Made by a program: the position numbers and the translations under genes. The notes beneath the pieces were generated by a model. That model was given only the letters and a program-made list of their open reading frames with translations, searched no databases and was not told the origin of the DNA. Below are positions 12,421 through 24,236 of a stretch of 64,000 nucleotides of DNA, one piece after another. The stretch spans positions 92,878,001 through 92,942,000 of the forward strand of contig NW_024704742.1 of assembly GCF_018977255.1 (NCBI RefSeq), given 5' to 3'. This DNA is from Callorhinchus milii. Taxonomy: Eukaryota. The number at the start of each line of letters is the position of its first letter. Position 1 is the stretch's first letter.

Positions 12421-12843
12421 CATGAGATGTTTTTTGTCTGTTTTTTGAATTCCAGCTGTCACTTCAATGACGACAGGTGATAAGTAACACACTGATGAAT
12501 TTCAATACAACATATGTCAATTATTCTGGGTAATTTTATCAGAAGCTTAATAAACACTAGATTTGAACCTGAGGACTGCAGGGTGATCTTGTTGAAGGAC
12601 ACTGCTATTCAGCAAAGTAGAGTGGCATGATTCAATGAATTATAGACCACTTAGTTTAACATCTGTGCTGAACATTGTACTGGATGTCACGAATATTCAT
12701 CCAAAGAACACAGAGCCCCATAAATATTCAGCATGCTTTGAAAAGTAATATGTCACATGTTAGTAGTTTTCTCGATTTATTCAATGTTATAATTAAATTA
12801 ATGAATGAGGTTTATCCACCCGATGTAATTTAGTTTGAAATGG

Positions 12844-13680
12844 ACAAGCTAGGTCTTCAGCCTTGAAAAGAAATGCCTTGGAGACAACCTGATAAAGGTA
12901 TATAAGATTTTAAATGGGATTGAGAAAGTAATAATATTAATAATCCTTGCATTTGATATAGCGCCTTATCACATCTTTGAGATGTCTCGAAGCGCTTCAT
13001 AGAATATACTGTAAAGTGAATTGACTGTATATTTTGTGAGTGACCGTGACAAACAAGTGCGAGGCGAGTGCTCTAACCACTGAGCCCAAGTAAACCCAGA
13101 ACAATGCTTCCAGATACACCAAGCCAGCAGAACAAGAGAACACAGGTTCAGGGTTGCAGAGGGTAATATCAGGGCAGACACTAGGAAGTTTTTCTTTACT
13201 CAGATGCTATTAACAACAACAAAACCCTGCATTCATGTAATGGCTTTCTCTGAGTGGGAAAGCGTCTCAGAGAGCTTTGCAATGGTATGGCTTGATGCCA
13301 AGCTGGAAAGGCAGGGGAGGTGACCAAAGGCATGGTCAAAGAAGAAAGCCTTCAGGTGTGATTTGAAGTCTGGCAAAGTGGGGGCAAAATGGAGGGATTG
13401 AGGCTGGGAATTCCAGAGATTTGGAGCATAGTGGCTGAAAACACGGCTGCTAGTTGCGGAGCAGAGGGTCGAAGGATGTGCAGAAGACCTGAGCAGCTGA
13501 GTGAAGTTGTCGGGTAGAGGAGTGGGAATCAACAACCAGGACAGGTTACCAGGATGGGTAGTTGAGGCCAGGACACTGGACTTATTTAAAAAACAGCTTG
13601 AAGCTGTGATGGGAAGACGGAAGGTATTCTGGAAGAATGTGGTCCTGATGGGCCAAAGGGTCTTCGTTGCCCAAACAAGT
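12844..13680 (+). mobile_element. CR1 3' end split by an internally deleted SINE (12932-13087, -) and an L2 tail (about 13211-13525, -)
   Basis: The CR1 pieces align with the CR1 copy at 47310-47660; the SINE is flanked by TSD aagtaa (12926-12931 and 13088-13093). Confidence 0.82.
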
Positions 13681-14683
13681 GAGTATTATTTAAGCCTTAA
13701 AATTGATGGTGCGATTTACCTTTTCTCTAGCATCAGTACATTTTAAAGAAATATATATTGTAAATAAAACAGATTTATAACAATGAGATGTGGAGGAAGA
13801 AGGTAATAACAGAGAAAAAAGATCTCTTGTATTTTTCAAAAGGCAATTCACAAAGAAGTGTTACTTTTTTGTAATTGGGGTCTATTATGTGCCATGTGTA
13901 AAATGATGTGCAAATGTGTTTACATGTGGTTTACACGTGGCACATAATGTCATTCCTTATCCTAATGAGGACAAAAATGCTTGTCCTTCCGAGATCTCAG
14001 GCTCTTAGATGATAATTATCTGCTGGTTATGTTTTAGAAATAAATGTTTATAATTTCAGGCTCGTCTTCCACCCACTACGTGTCACACAGAACAGTGTGA
14101 AGAACAACCACAGCTTTCACATGGATGTTTACGTGTTCAAGGCTTTAACTCATAGTTTCTAACAGTACAGAGGAAAAAACATGGCAACATCGTGCTCTTA
14201 TTTAAATAAACATACAATTGTTTCAGAGCACTTCATCACTAGGGTTACCAGAACACATTTATTGGGCTTTTTGAATGGATTGAAGGAGAGAGCATTTTCA
14301 CACTTTTTATTTTTATGAAAGTAAACTAGGAAAGTATTTACATGGAATCACTGACTTTTTATTTACCCATGATGGACAGTGGGTGGGAAAGGGTCCTGGT
14401 CTTCTATACCATTGATGCCAGTTTAATCCTTCAGATTTATGGCTATCAATGTGACCCTGCTGGCACAGATGACTGCCACATTTGCATACAAAACAAAATT
14501 ACTATTGGTTTCAATACTGTTATTTCACACAAGCCAAAATTTAAAAAAAATTGCACATGCATGACACACATCTCTCAGTCAAACGGCTGCAATGTAACTA
14601 TTGTCTCGAATGTCCTTGCCTGATCCACGCTCGCCTGTCCCCACTTTGAGAGAATTGTTTCACTTATACTGTTCACTTTAAAT

Positions 14684-14761
14684 CAGTGAGGGGCAACCTC
14701 TTTGGTTGGCCAACAAATAAATGTTTCTTGATTGAATATTTCTTGACCACTGCCACCACTG
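14684..14761. mobile_element. 78-bp hAT MITE
   Basis: Perfect 8-bp TSD ctttaaat (14676-14683 and 14762-14769); ends cagtg and cactg; the left end matches the reverse complement of the right end of 43978-44162. Confidence 0.75.
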
Positions 14762-15213
14762 CTTTAAATCATTCTTTCCCAGGACCTCAAGAGCGTTACA
14801 CTCTTACCCCTTGGTCTTCCCTTCCTTTTATTAATCTGCAGGTGTTTAAAGGAAAAGCTTGATAGAAAAGCCTAACTACTAACCTTAATTTATTTTGTTT
14901 TCTCTGCTAATCCCTGCACTGTGGACCTTGGATTTACATCAGTGTTTCTCCTCAAAACACATGAAAAGTGCTCCGCATCCAACCCACTCATATCACAAGA
15001 ATAATAAACTAAAGGCAGAATCGCAATATACCTTGCAAATCACAATTGCCATGGAAACAACTAGTGCTTGCATTTTATTCCTATGAAATTTTTTACAGTA
15101 ATATTTTAATATATAAAATGTAAAATATTGTTTCTAACCACCATTTTGATATGTTACCACTGCCATAGATATGAGTAAAATATTCTGCCAATAGAGGTGC
15201 ATCACTTGGATAA

Positions 15214-15588
15214 TCTATACTAATAAAAAGACAATGTCTGTCTGCGCTTCCAGAAGGATCTCAATAACCGATCGATGTAGAGACATGATTTATACCTCAT
15301 CGGAAAGGTCTTACAACTGGAAGTGACATGTGCATATTTGTTTTCAGCTATCTCCTATCATTTGTGAGTTTTACGTTTTTCGCTGTAATTACACCTGGTG
15401 GCTGCCGAGTCAAAGTGGCGTTGTGCCATCATGCATCACAGAGCACCTACGTATGTACGCACATACTGCACTTACACCTGGTGGCTGCACTGGCTGACCG
15501 TGGCGCAGTGGCATCCTGCGTCACAGAGCATGCACGTAGCCTAGCGTCGGGAACAAAATAAAGAACACAGACGGAGCTTAGCCGAGGC
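15214..15588 (+). mobile_element. Putative non-autonomous Helitron-like element, 3' end not canonical
   Basis: Begins A|TCTATACTAATAAAAAG followed by tgtctgtctg; CpG-rich; internal tandem duplication; abuts an L2-like (aac)n tail. Confidence 0.5.
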
Positions 15589-16677
15589 AACAACAACAAC
15601 AAAATTACATCTTTAAAGCACCAAGTCCTCTTACTGAGTCCTCCCAAAATGAGTCCTCCCACAGGAGTCCTCCCAGATGAGTATAGATAAAGACAAAATG
15701 TCTGTCTGTGTGTCAATCTGCATTTCATATTAGATCCTTTGGAATCTGCAACAGGTACAGCTACTTTCCTATATGAGAAAGTCCTCATAATTTATTGATT
15801 CATTCTGTGAGCTTTTGATATGTGGAAACAAAACTCAAGAACAAACTGTTATTGGTGCAATATTGATTGTATTATAGATGTTTTGTGGGTCAGAAGAGGA
15901 GGGAGGAGAAAATTTGACCAAGCCAAAAAAAAGTTCAGTACATCTTTCCAAATTGGTCTGTATTGTACTAATCTGCTCTTTCCTTCAAAAGAGAATAGTA
16001 AATCTTCCAAACACAGTTAAGTCATTTTACCGGTTTCTGTCTATTCTCCATATGTGTTACTGCTACCAAATGTGGGTCTCCATGCTCACAAGTTCAAGGC
16101 AACAGGAATGAGTGATATGTAAGATAGTTGGCTTTTTAATGAATAGATTTTGATACTGTGTCACATTGTGCTTTCACTGACATTCATTTGATTATCTTCA
16201 ATATGTATAGGGCTGAGGAGATTGACCTAGATTCAACTCCAGAGAGTTCTGGTTCTAACTCTGGCACACTACCTGGTGTGAAGGGCACTATATAAATGCA
16301 AGTTGTTGTTGAACTTTCCTCACCTCCCCAACTCCATCACTTTAGTTGGGCCTGAGGGTGGCCTGCGGGACTCATTGGATTCTGTAGTGCTCAGCGTTAG
16401 ATTGCTGGCCCAGGGAGTGCTGGTTACTGGCTTCAGCTGATGGAGTCAGGGGTGGGAGTGGACGTAGACCCAAGGAATGGTAATCACACTATTGTATTGC
16501 TAAGGAAGACTGATACTTAGTCACTTTTGGCTCTGGCTCGCCGCCTCTCAATGTCTTTAAATCTAAAGTGAATTGACTGTATATTTTGTTATCCTATGTG
16601 AAGGCACTTTGTAAATGCAAGTTGTTGTTGTAACCCAATAGAGATCTATATGCATCAGCACTCCAAAGTAGTTCACT

Positions 16678-17017
16678 TCTTGCATTTGATAGAGCGCCTT
16701 AACACATCATCAAGGCGTCTCAAAGTGCTTCACAGAATATACTGTAAAGTGAATTAATTGACTGTATATTTTGTGGGTGAAACATGGCAGCAAATTGAGC
16801 ACAACAGTGTCCTACAAGCCGTAGTTGATTTGATTTATTTTGAAGGAATTATTACCCCCGGAAAAGCCATCCACCAATCTACTAACAACCTAGTTCCTAC
16901 TTACTGCTAGATAAACATAGGTGCGTGGAGTAAGGAAACTTGCCCAATATTCTGCCCGGGAATCGAACCCTGGTCCTCTCGCTTACGAGGCAAGTGCTCT
17001 AACCACTAAGCTACAGG
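16678..17017 (-). mobile_element. tRNA-headed SINE, diverged full-length copy
   Basis: Head on -: cctgtagcttagtggttagagcac...ggttcgattccc; SINE core and tail at 16678-16825. Confidence 0.8.
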
Positions 17018-19512
17018 TCTTTACACCAGGAAATATGGCCAAGATACTGGGCTTCTACATATATGCTGCACTGGTGTGTAAAAGTGAAAGCCAGGCTCAT
17101 TTAACAAAGTGAACACATTTCTGAGGAGACCAGAAAGACCAAATGAGAGATATTTCAGAGTCAGTCAGTCTGGCGCACACTCGATCACTTGCTCGTCATT
17201 CACTTGCTTGTCATTCACTCGCTCTTCACCCCCTCCACGAGTTACTGCCTCTAGCCACAGCCTTTTCCCATTTGCCAGCACCATCTGTTTTCCATTGCTA
17301 AACCAGGTTTCAATCTTCATTTTCAATTTGCCATTAATTCGGTGACCCTTAATCTCCTTTATGAGATTAATGTGCAAACGTTTATCGAATGCTTTCTGGA
17401 ATCCAAGCAGATTATCAATTTATACTGTAGCTTGGAAGAAGGAGAATTTGCAAGTTCTAAAGTAAAGGTCCGGCACATATATTGAGAGTATAGTGCAGTG
17501 GAGCGATGAAGCTCCATTTATACATTCTGCTTCACATTACTTTGAAGCAGGAAGGAATACCAATTTCATTGTTCTGCACAACCAAAACAATGACATTTAA
17601 AAAAAATCATTGAAATGTGCAGCTCAGAAGAAAGCCATCCATTGTGTCTGTGCTGAGGCTTTGAAAGAGCAAGTCCCATTTGCTTGCCTTTTCTCAATGT
17701 CAAAGATCTGTTTGCTCATTTATATTACGAAACACAAGTGGTCTGTCAGACTGTTCAGTGGCTCACAGGGGAGAGCCAGCTTTATGCACTTTGCACTGGC
17801 TAGGTTAATACTGTGCAGATGTGAATCTTATAGTTGCTGTAACCACCTCATGGTGCCAGGAGCAGGGCGTCCATAGCAGTTTCCAATACCTGAGTCCCCT
17901 TTAATACAACGCTTCTGGTGGTGAATCACCACCTAAATAAGAATGATTTGCTATCAAATGTACAGTTGAAACACCAGATAATTTTTTATTTCATTTACAA
18001 TTATAGATAAAAAATGTAATAACCATTTGCCTTGACTAGATACACAGTTTAAAATAATATGTTATGGAATGCATTTTTGCTGTTACATTGAGAAGTTGTG
18101 AGCAGTGAATAGTCAGTGACCACCATATGGGTACTTTGGTGTAATTAACTATTCAGAGAATTTTTTAAAAATAATCCTTGCATTTGATAAACAAGCCTTC
18201 ACATCAAGAGGACATCTCAAGGAGTTTCACAGGATTTAGTGCAGTGATTGTGTATTTGCAGACGTAGGTTTTTACCTGAAAGTAACTCAAATCTCTTTAT
18301 AAAAAATACTTCCCAAGCCTATAAAATTAACCTCTTTAATTCCAACAAGTAATAAAAATTGCATTTTGTAACTACAGGACAGCTATGGTACATTTGTTTC
18401 AGAATTATTTCCACTACATACTTCAGCCACAACTCCATGTATCCTCGGTTATGTCCTGTAGTCACAAGCAGCAGTGGGACAGAAGGGAGAATTAACTTGA
18501 TTTATGAAGCAATAATAAAGCAGTGAATGACTAACCAACCTGACCCTTACCAAGCTATTTTCTGAACAACACTTTACTTAGCAAACTACCTTTCTGCTCT
18601 TCAGTAGACACAAACATGACCGGAGCACTGTACAGCCTGAGTATGGTGTCTGGCATCTAAACTCACCTGATTTAGCAAAAGATTATGATCACCAGCAGAG
18701 AAGTCTCTGTAAGAGACAGAGTCTCTATAGGTTTCTGCTTATAAATTTGAGGCTGTTAATGGAAGTAATAGCACATCTTTTCTTCTCTTTGTATTTGTGA
18801 TATCCCGACTTTATTAGAGCAGTATAGCAGAGGCAGAATAAAACATCCACTCTGTTCTCAGAAGGACCATTACCTCTGTATCTCAGTGGGAAACCTGTCT
18901 TGTATTAGTGTGACGTTACTATTCTGACAGGAAGGAAACTGACAATTTAATGCAAATCTAATTATGGGAAGTTTTGGCCCTTGGAGTCCTGACAGCTAGG
19001 GACTGGGCTAAGACTGTTCTGTGTTCATTTCGGTTAGACCCCTAGTAGTTGGCACAGAGACACAGATGAGAAAAGGTATAGTTACAGGCAGTGCCTGTTT
19101 CTCTGTATTCAAACTAGACCGAGGGTTCTTTCAAATTCATGCCACCTACACATAAGAATTTCCCTGTGTCTGGAAAGGTTCATCATGAATGAAGTAAATT
19201 GCCTCTTTAAGCTTTTTCAAAGGTATCACATTGTAATTATTGACAGTGGCATTGGCTGCTACATGACTTTATGGCACTGATTGGGCAGAAGATCAAGGCT
19301 TCACAGGGTAATGAGAAGTAATCATAATCACTGATACCCTTTACACTTGTTAATGAGAATTTCACCTTAGTTGGAGCAACAAGGAAATACACCATTGTAA
19401 TAGTTCCTGATATACTGTGCCCTGGTGGTAACACATAGATTCATTGTGGGTTCTTCATTAATAAGCAACCCACATAAAAAGATCTCTATAACAGACACAC
19501 ATATATATAAGG

Positions 19513-19645
19513 ATAATAATCATTGCATTTGGTATAGCACCTTATAACATAGTTGAGATGTTTCAAACCGCTTCACAGAATATACTGTAAAGTGAATTGA
19601 CTGTATATTTTGTGAATGAAATGCGGCAGCCAATTGCGCACAGGA
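19513..19645 (-). mobile_element. SINE 3' fragment
   Basis: Matches the SINE tail and core. Confidence 0.8.
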
Positions 19646-19855
19646 CCCACATCCTTGGCTGTAGCATAGCTAACTTTATATTGAGGGTGTAATTCATCCT
19701 GGAAATTTACTTTGTATTCTTTTGTTTGTGTTCATTAATAGACAGTCTTAAGACATCCAAGGAACCATACTTGAAGGAGCGGACGTTGATGTGGCAGGCA
19801 TGTTCAATGAAGAACTTAGTAACATTTTTCTCTATTTCTCTCTCGTTGTAACCAG

Positions 19856-20154
19856 AACCCTTTGAAGATGCTCTAAAGCATCAAACAGGTGGGCATGTTT
19901 CAAACAGGTCTGTGCCTGTTTCGTCTGCCAGTCCTCATTTATCTAGGACCAGCACAGACACCAGCAGGAAGGAATGGCTTGAGGAGGAAGCATGGTATCA
20001 TGGGGAAATGAGCAGGAAGGATGCGGAGCAGCTCTTGATGATCGATGGCGATTTCCTTGTTAGGAAAAGCACGACTAATCCTGGATCCTATGTATTAACA
20101 GGAATGCATAATGGCCAGGCTAAACACCTTCTCCTGGTGGATCCTGAAGGAATT
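19856..20154 (+). CDS. SHC3: SHC3 exon, end of CH1 and most of SH2 domain
   Basis: ccag|AACCC...GGAATT|gtaagt; (K)PFEDALK...[52 protein letters not shown]; 299 nt, phase 1 to 0. Confidence 0.97.
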
Positions 20155-20736
20155 GTAAGTAATCAAACCAAATATATTGAATGTTAATGCTTCTTTAACT
20201 CTGTTTTTCCTATAGGTTCAACCCAGACTCTGAGACAGAAAACCATTGTTTAGATTGTTCCCCTGTGAGATAGATCTCTGCAGTGTGTATCAGCTACAGA
20301 AATCACCCTTTATTTTCTGAATTTTGATGATTTGGTGCCAATTCATTGTACGGAAATAGGTGAGGACAAGACTGGACTTGATTGTGAAACCATTCAATCA
20401 AACAGCCCAACCACATGCACTGTCGAGGCTCAAACAAGAATAATGGCTACTCGGGCGAGTTACCGGAGGGTAACCTTGACCTATGGAACCATACCCCATA
20501 GAAGGAACACAGGATTCCAATGCCTTCCCGAGAAGAAAAGGGGAGAAAATTTAAGGAAAAATTGATGTAGCAAACATTTTTAAAAATGTTATCATTAACA
20601 TACAAATCTGAAAAGTGTAATGTGTAATGTTTGAAAATATAGCAATGTTTGAGTAGAATGTTAAGATACTAAGCTAGATTGATTCATCCAGTAGCTCTTT
20701 TAGGCATATCCTTTATTGATATATTTCCTTTTAAAG

Positions 20737-20865
20737 GTTCGGACTAAAGATCATATATTCGAGAGCATTAGCCACCTTATCTGCCATCACCGTGACAACA
20801 ATTTGCCTATAGTTTCAGCGGGGAGTGAACTATGCCTGAAGCAACCAGTTGAGAGTAAGCAGTGA
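20737..20865 (+). CDS. SHC3: SHC3 terminal coding exon
   Basis: taaag|GTTCGG...[48 protein letters not shown], the SHC3-type C-terminus. Confidence 0.96.
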   Translation, partial: VRTKDHIFESISHLICHHRDNNLPIVSAGSELCLKQPVESKQ

Positions 20866-21621
20866 CGACCGCGGTCAGTTGTGGGATTTTATTGACTCAG
20901 TGGTACTTCTTGTTCCTTGCTTTATTACTTAGCAGAAACAGGGAGAAGGGATCTTTGGATCTTGGGATGGAGTTGTGATTTATGTGACTTGGTTTTGGCA
21001 TGGCCTGATTCAGAGGAAGATAAGTTTTTACTGCGATTACTCAAAGCAGAAACCCGCAATGGACAAAGAATGTGGCAAAGATGTTTTTTACCCTGTGTTT
21101 CAACTTGAATCTATGTACCTGGAACCGCTGTCAAACTATTCACTGTTGTAGAGATAAAATGCTGATATCCAGCACAAATGATACAGAAATGATATTTTAG
21201 GATTTCTTTTCCGATGTCTTCACAGTGAGCATTTTACTAAAGAAGCACAATATTTGAAATGTTTAAAGGAAAGTATTTAATAGAAATAACTTTCATTGCA
21301 TTTACTATTTTAAGGAACCACAATCTTTTTTTTTAAAAAGTCAAATAGCTACAGTATTTGGTGATGAAGCTGATAGGATTGATGTTTGGTTCATTTTGTC
21401 TTCACAGCTGTAAATTGAAACCTACTTGCAATGTCTTTATGTGGACTTGTTTTATGACTGTGTCATTTTATATTAGCTTTAGAAATCAATATTACATGAA
21501 AACTCTTGACAAAGTATCTGCTGTTGAGTTCACTCACCGACCGTTTTAATTCTTTGGAGTACTAAGGTCATTTTTGCACACATACACACAACACAGACAT
21601 ATATATCTATAACTGATAACT

Positions 21622-21755
21622 GTAGTGGGACATTGCTACGTGCAAATTGGCTGCTACTTTAGCCCACAAAACACTTCACTTCAGAGTATATCCCATGAAG
21701 TGCTTTGGGACGTCCTCCTGACGTGAAAGGCACTATACCAAATGTAAGAATTATT
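21622..21755 (+). mobile_element. SINE 3' fragment within the inferred SHC3 3' UTR
   Basis: gggacattgctacgtgcaaattggctgc...gggacgtcctcctgacgtgaaaggcactata. Confidence 0.8.
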
Positions 21756-22773
21756 GTAAGGAAATCAATGCTATGTACATTTTAAGAATAAGAAATAACA
21801 GATTATTCCAACAAGAGCATTTCATTGGTACAGCAGTTTAACTCTGGTGGATTGTATGGTTGGATGCAGGCGGCTTGTTCAATACTCAGAGATTTATACC
21901 AACCAGCAACTACCACAGTATAATTAAATTATTTAAGAATTGTACAGAGATAAACAAAAAGATTCTTGGATTCTTGAAATTTGTATCATTATTTTATTCT
22001 GTAAATTGAAAGAATAGTGTGGCAATTTTTTCCTTATGATTGTGCATCGTAGATAATGGAGCATTTTGATGTAATAAATATGCCAAACAATTTTCAAGGT
22101 ATTTGCTTAGTAGTAATCATACTGTACCAGCTTTTTAAAGAGCTCACTTAAAAAAACGCACAAAATGCCTGCATTAAATTTGTTCTTCATTCAAACCAGC
22201 TCAAGGAGTTAATGATTGAGTTGATGAAAGTACATTCATGATATGAATTGTTATTTGGAATGATGGCTTTACGAACTATGTTACTGTATCAAATCCATGC
22301 CTACCATTCCCTGTCACTTTGATAAGTCCAGTAGAGAAATCGCTGACTGACTAGTCTTTACAACTACTGTCAGCTTCATGGCAGATGAAAAATCACCATC
22401 AAGCTTAGCAGAATTGTGTGGAATAAAATCGGCCACAGTATCAGACACTGTGCTGCCTTCATCTCAACTCTTAGAGCGCTGGTGTTGTGCTAACTGTGTA
22501 GAGTGCTTCTTTATTCAGCCAGGTAAGGGTTAACACAACAATTTTAAAGCATACAAAACAGTTGCTTAAGATAAGAGAATTTGTTTCACAAGTTCAGTTA
22601 GACAACACTGAATTTTTAGCTGTGCTATGGAAAATGTGCCTTTTGATCAGATTGTAGGGTGCGTATCTCACAGGCTGCTGTTTTGAATATAAATGAATTG
22701 TAACATGATTTTCATAAACTATGTTTACATTTGTATTTGTTGATTATTAAAAAAAAACTGTATGACTGTTGGC

Positions 22774-22779
22774 AATAAA
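22774..22779 (+). terminator. SHC3: Probable SHC3 polyadenylation signal (3' UTR about 1.9 kb)
   Basis: AATAAA followed about 12 nt later by a GT/T-rich tract (ttggtttgttgtttttcttt). Alternative AATAAA hexamers at 22073 and 22422. Confidence 0.6.
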
Positions 22780-23723
22780 ACAACAAATATTTGGTTTGTT
22801 GTTTTTCTTTTAAATTGAAGTGAAACAACTTCAGATTGTGAAAAATGACTATCAGCAATACAGATTTTCAGTGCACATCTGGAGAGTGAAGGGACCATGT
22901 TGGTGTGGCAGTGAGGAGTTCTTGAGATATGTTCCTTCCCAAATGGTAATACATTGCATGTGCATAAAGCATATTATAAGGTGATGGACCTCATCTGGTT
23001 TTGAGAAACTGGAAAGTTGGCAACTCTAGAATATCAGTCTTGACTCATTCATTTGCAGGTTGAGTGGTCGTCCTCAGTCATTTGCGATTCACCACATGGG
23101 GGCACTGCAAACCAGGACAAAACACTATTGGAATCTCACCTGCCCCAAAGATGTTCTATCCACTGATAGGGGAGAACTACTTATGATTTTGTTCTCCGAA
23201 TATCCTGCACTGGAAGTTATAAGGTAATTGGGGTAGAAGGATCATACTGCAATCAAAGCTCTGATCAGCATGATCACTGCAAAAGTGTGTATGGAATTTG
23301 TCTGCAAACAGCCATACATATTTCCTGATCTTTTTGTAATGTCAGATCACGTTGTTCTTACCTATTGGTAATAAGTGGTTCTCTGGTGGCTCTGGTTAAA
23401 ATCGGGCAGTGCTTGTCAGTCTAATCAAATTGTAGGTTTAATCAAATACAAGCAACTTTAAAAACATTCATTTTAATCATCATTGGACGTCTTGAGATCA
23501 CTGACTCTTTCGATTCCATTTTCAAGACATCTGTAGATGTAACACAACAGTAATATGCAGTGTTAGTACAGTGGTTAGAATTACTGAGGTGAAAATTTAA
23601 TTATTTGTCACATTTTCCATCCATTCCAAATGACACAGAAACTGAATGTCGTCCTCATCATCAATTTTGTCATGAAGGTTTGTTCATGACTTGATTTTTA
23701 AAAATTCTGGCCCTCATCTTACA

Positions 23724-24236
23724 GCAACAACAACAAGATTGCATTTATAGAGCACCTTTCATATCGGGAGGACGTCCCAAGGCGCTGGACAGTTGGGTCG
23801 GGACCCGAGCCTTAGGGGGAAATGGTCAGGGTGAGGGGAGGGAAGGGAGGGAGCGAAGAGGGGGTAAATGGTCAGGGTGAGGGGAGGGAAGGGAGGGAGC
23901 AAGGAGGGGGGAAATGGTCAGGGTGAGGGGAGGGAAGGGAGGGAGCGAGGAGGGTGTAGAGAGTCGAGAGGGGAGCTGAAGGCACGGTTGAAGAGAAAGG
24001 TCTTGAGACCGGCTTTGAAGGAGGAAAGGGAGGAGGCGGCGAAGGCACTGGGAGATGGAGTTCCAGAGTCTAGGGGCTGAGAGGCTGAAGGCCCGACCAC
24101 TGGTTGGGGCGGGGGATGTGTAAACCGGAGCCAGAGAAACGGAGGGTACAGGCAGGTAAGTAGGGGCCGGGAAGGCCGGTGAGGAGAGAGTTCCCATAGT
24201 CCAGCCTTGAGGTGATAAAGGCATGGACCAGTGTTT
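23724..24236 (-). mobile_element. Young L2 3' fragment with internal deletions and a triplicated 46-bp unit
   Basis: Reverse complement of the 58620-59244 copy, with gaps. Confidence 0.9.

Noticed and set aside
16940..17017. tRNA-like sequence on the - strand with a CGT anticodon loop and a perfect B box
   Set aside because: The acceptor stem does not pair and the sequence continues into the SINE body, so it is a SINE head rather than a tRNA gene.
23820..23957. Regularly spaced repeats as a CRISPR-like array
   Set aside because: Contiguous tandem units without unique spacers, inside an L2, in a vertebrate genome.
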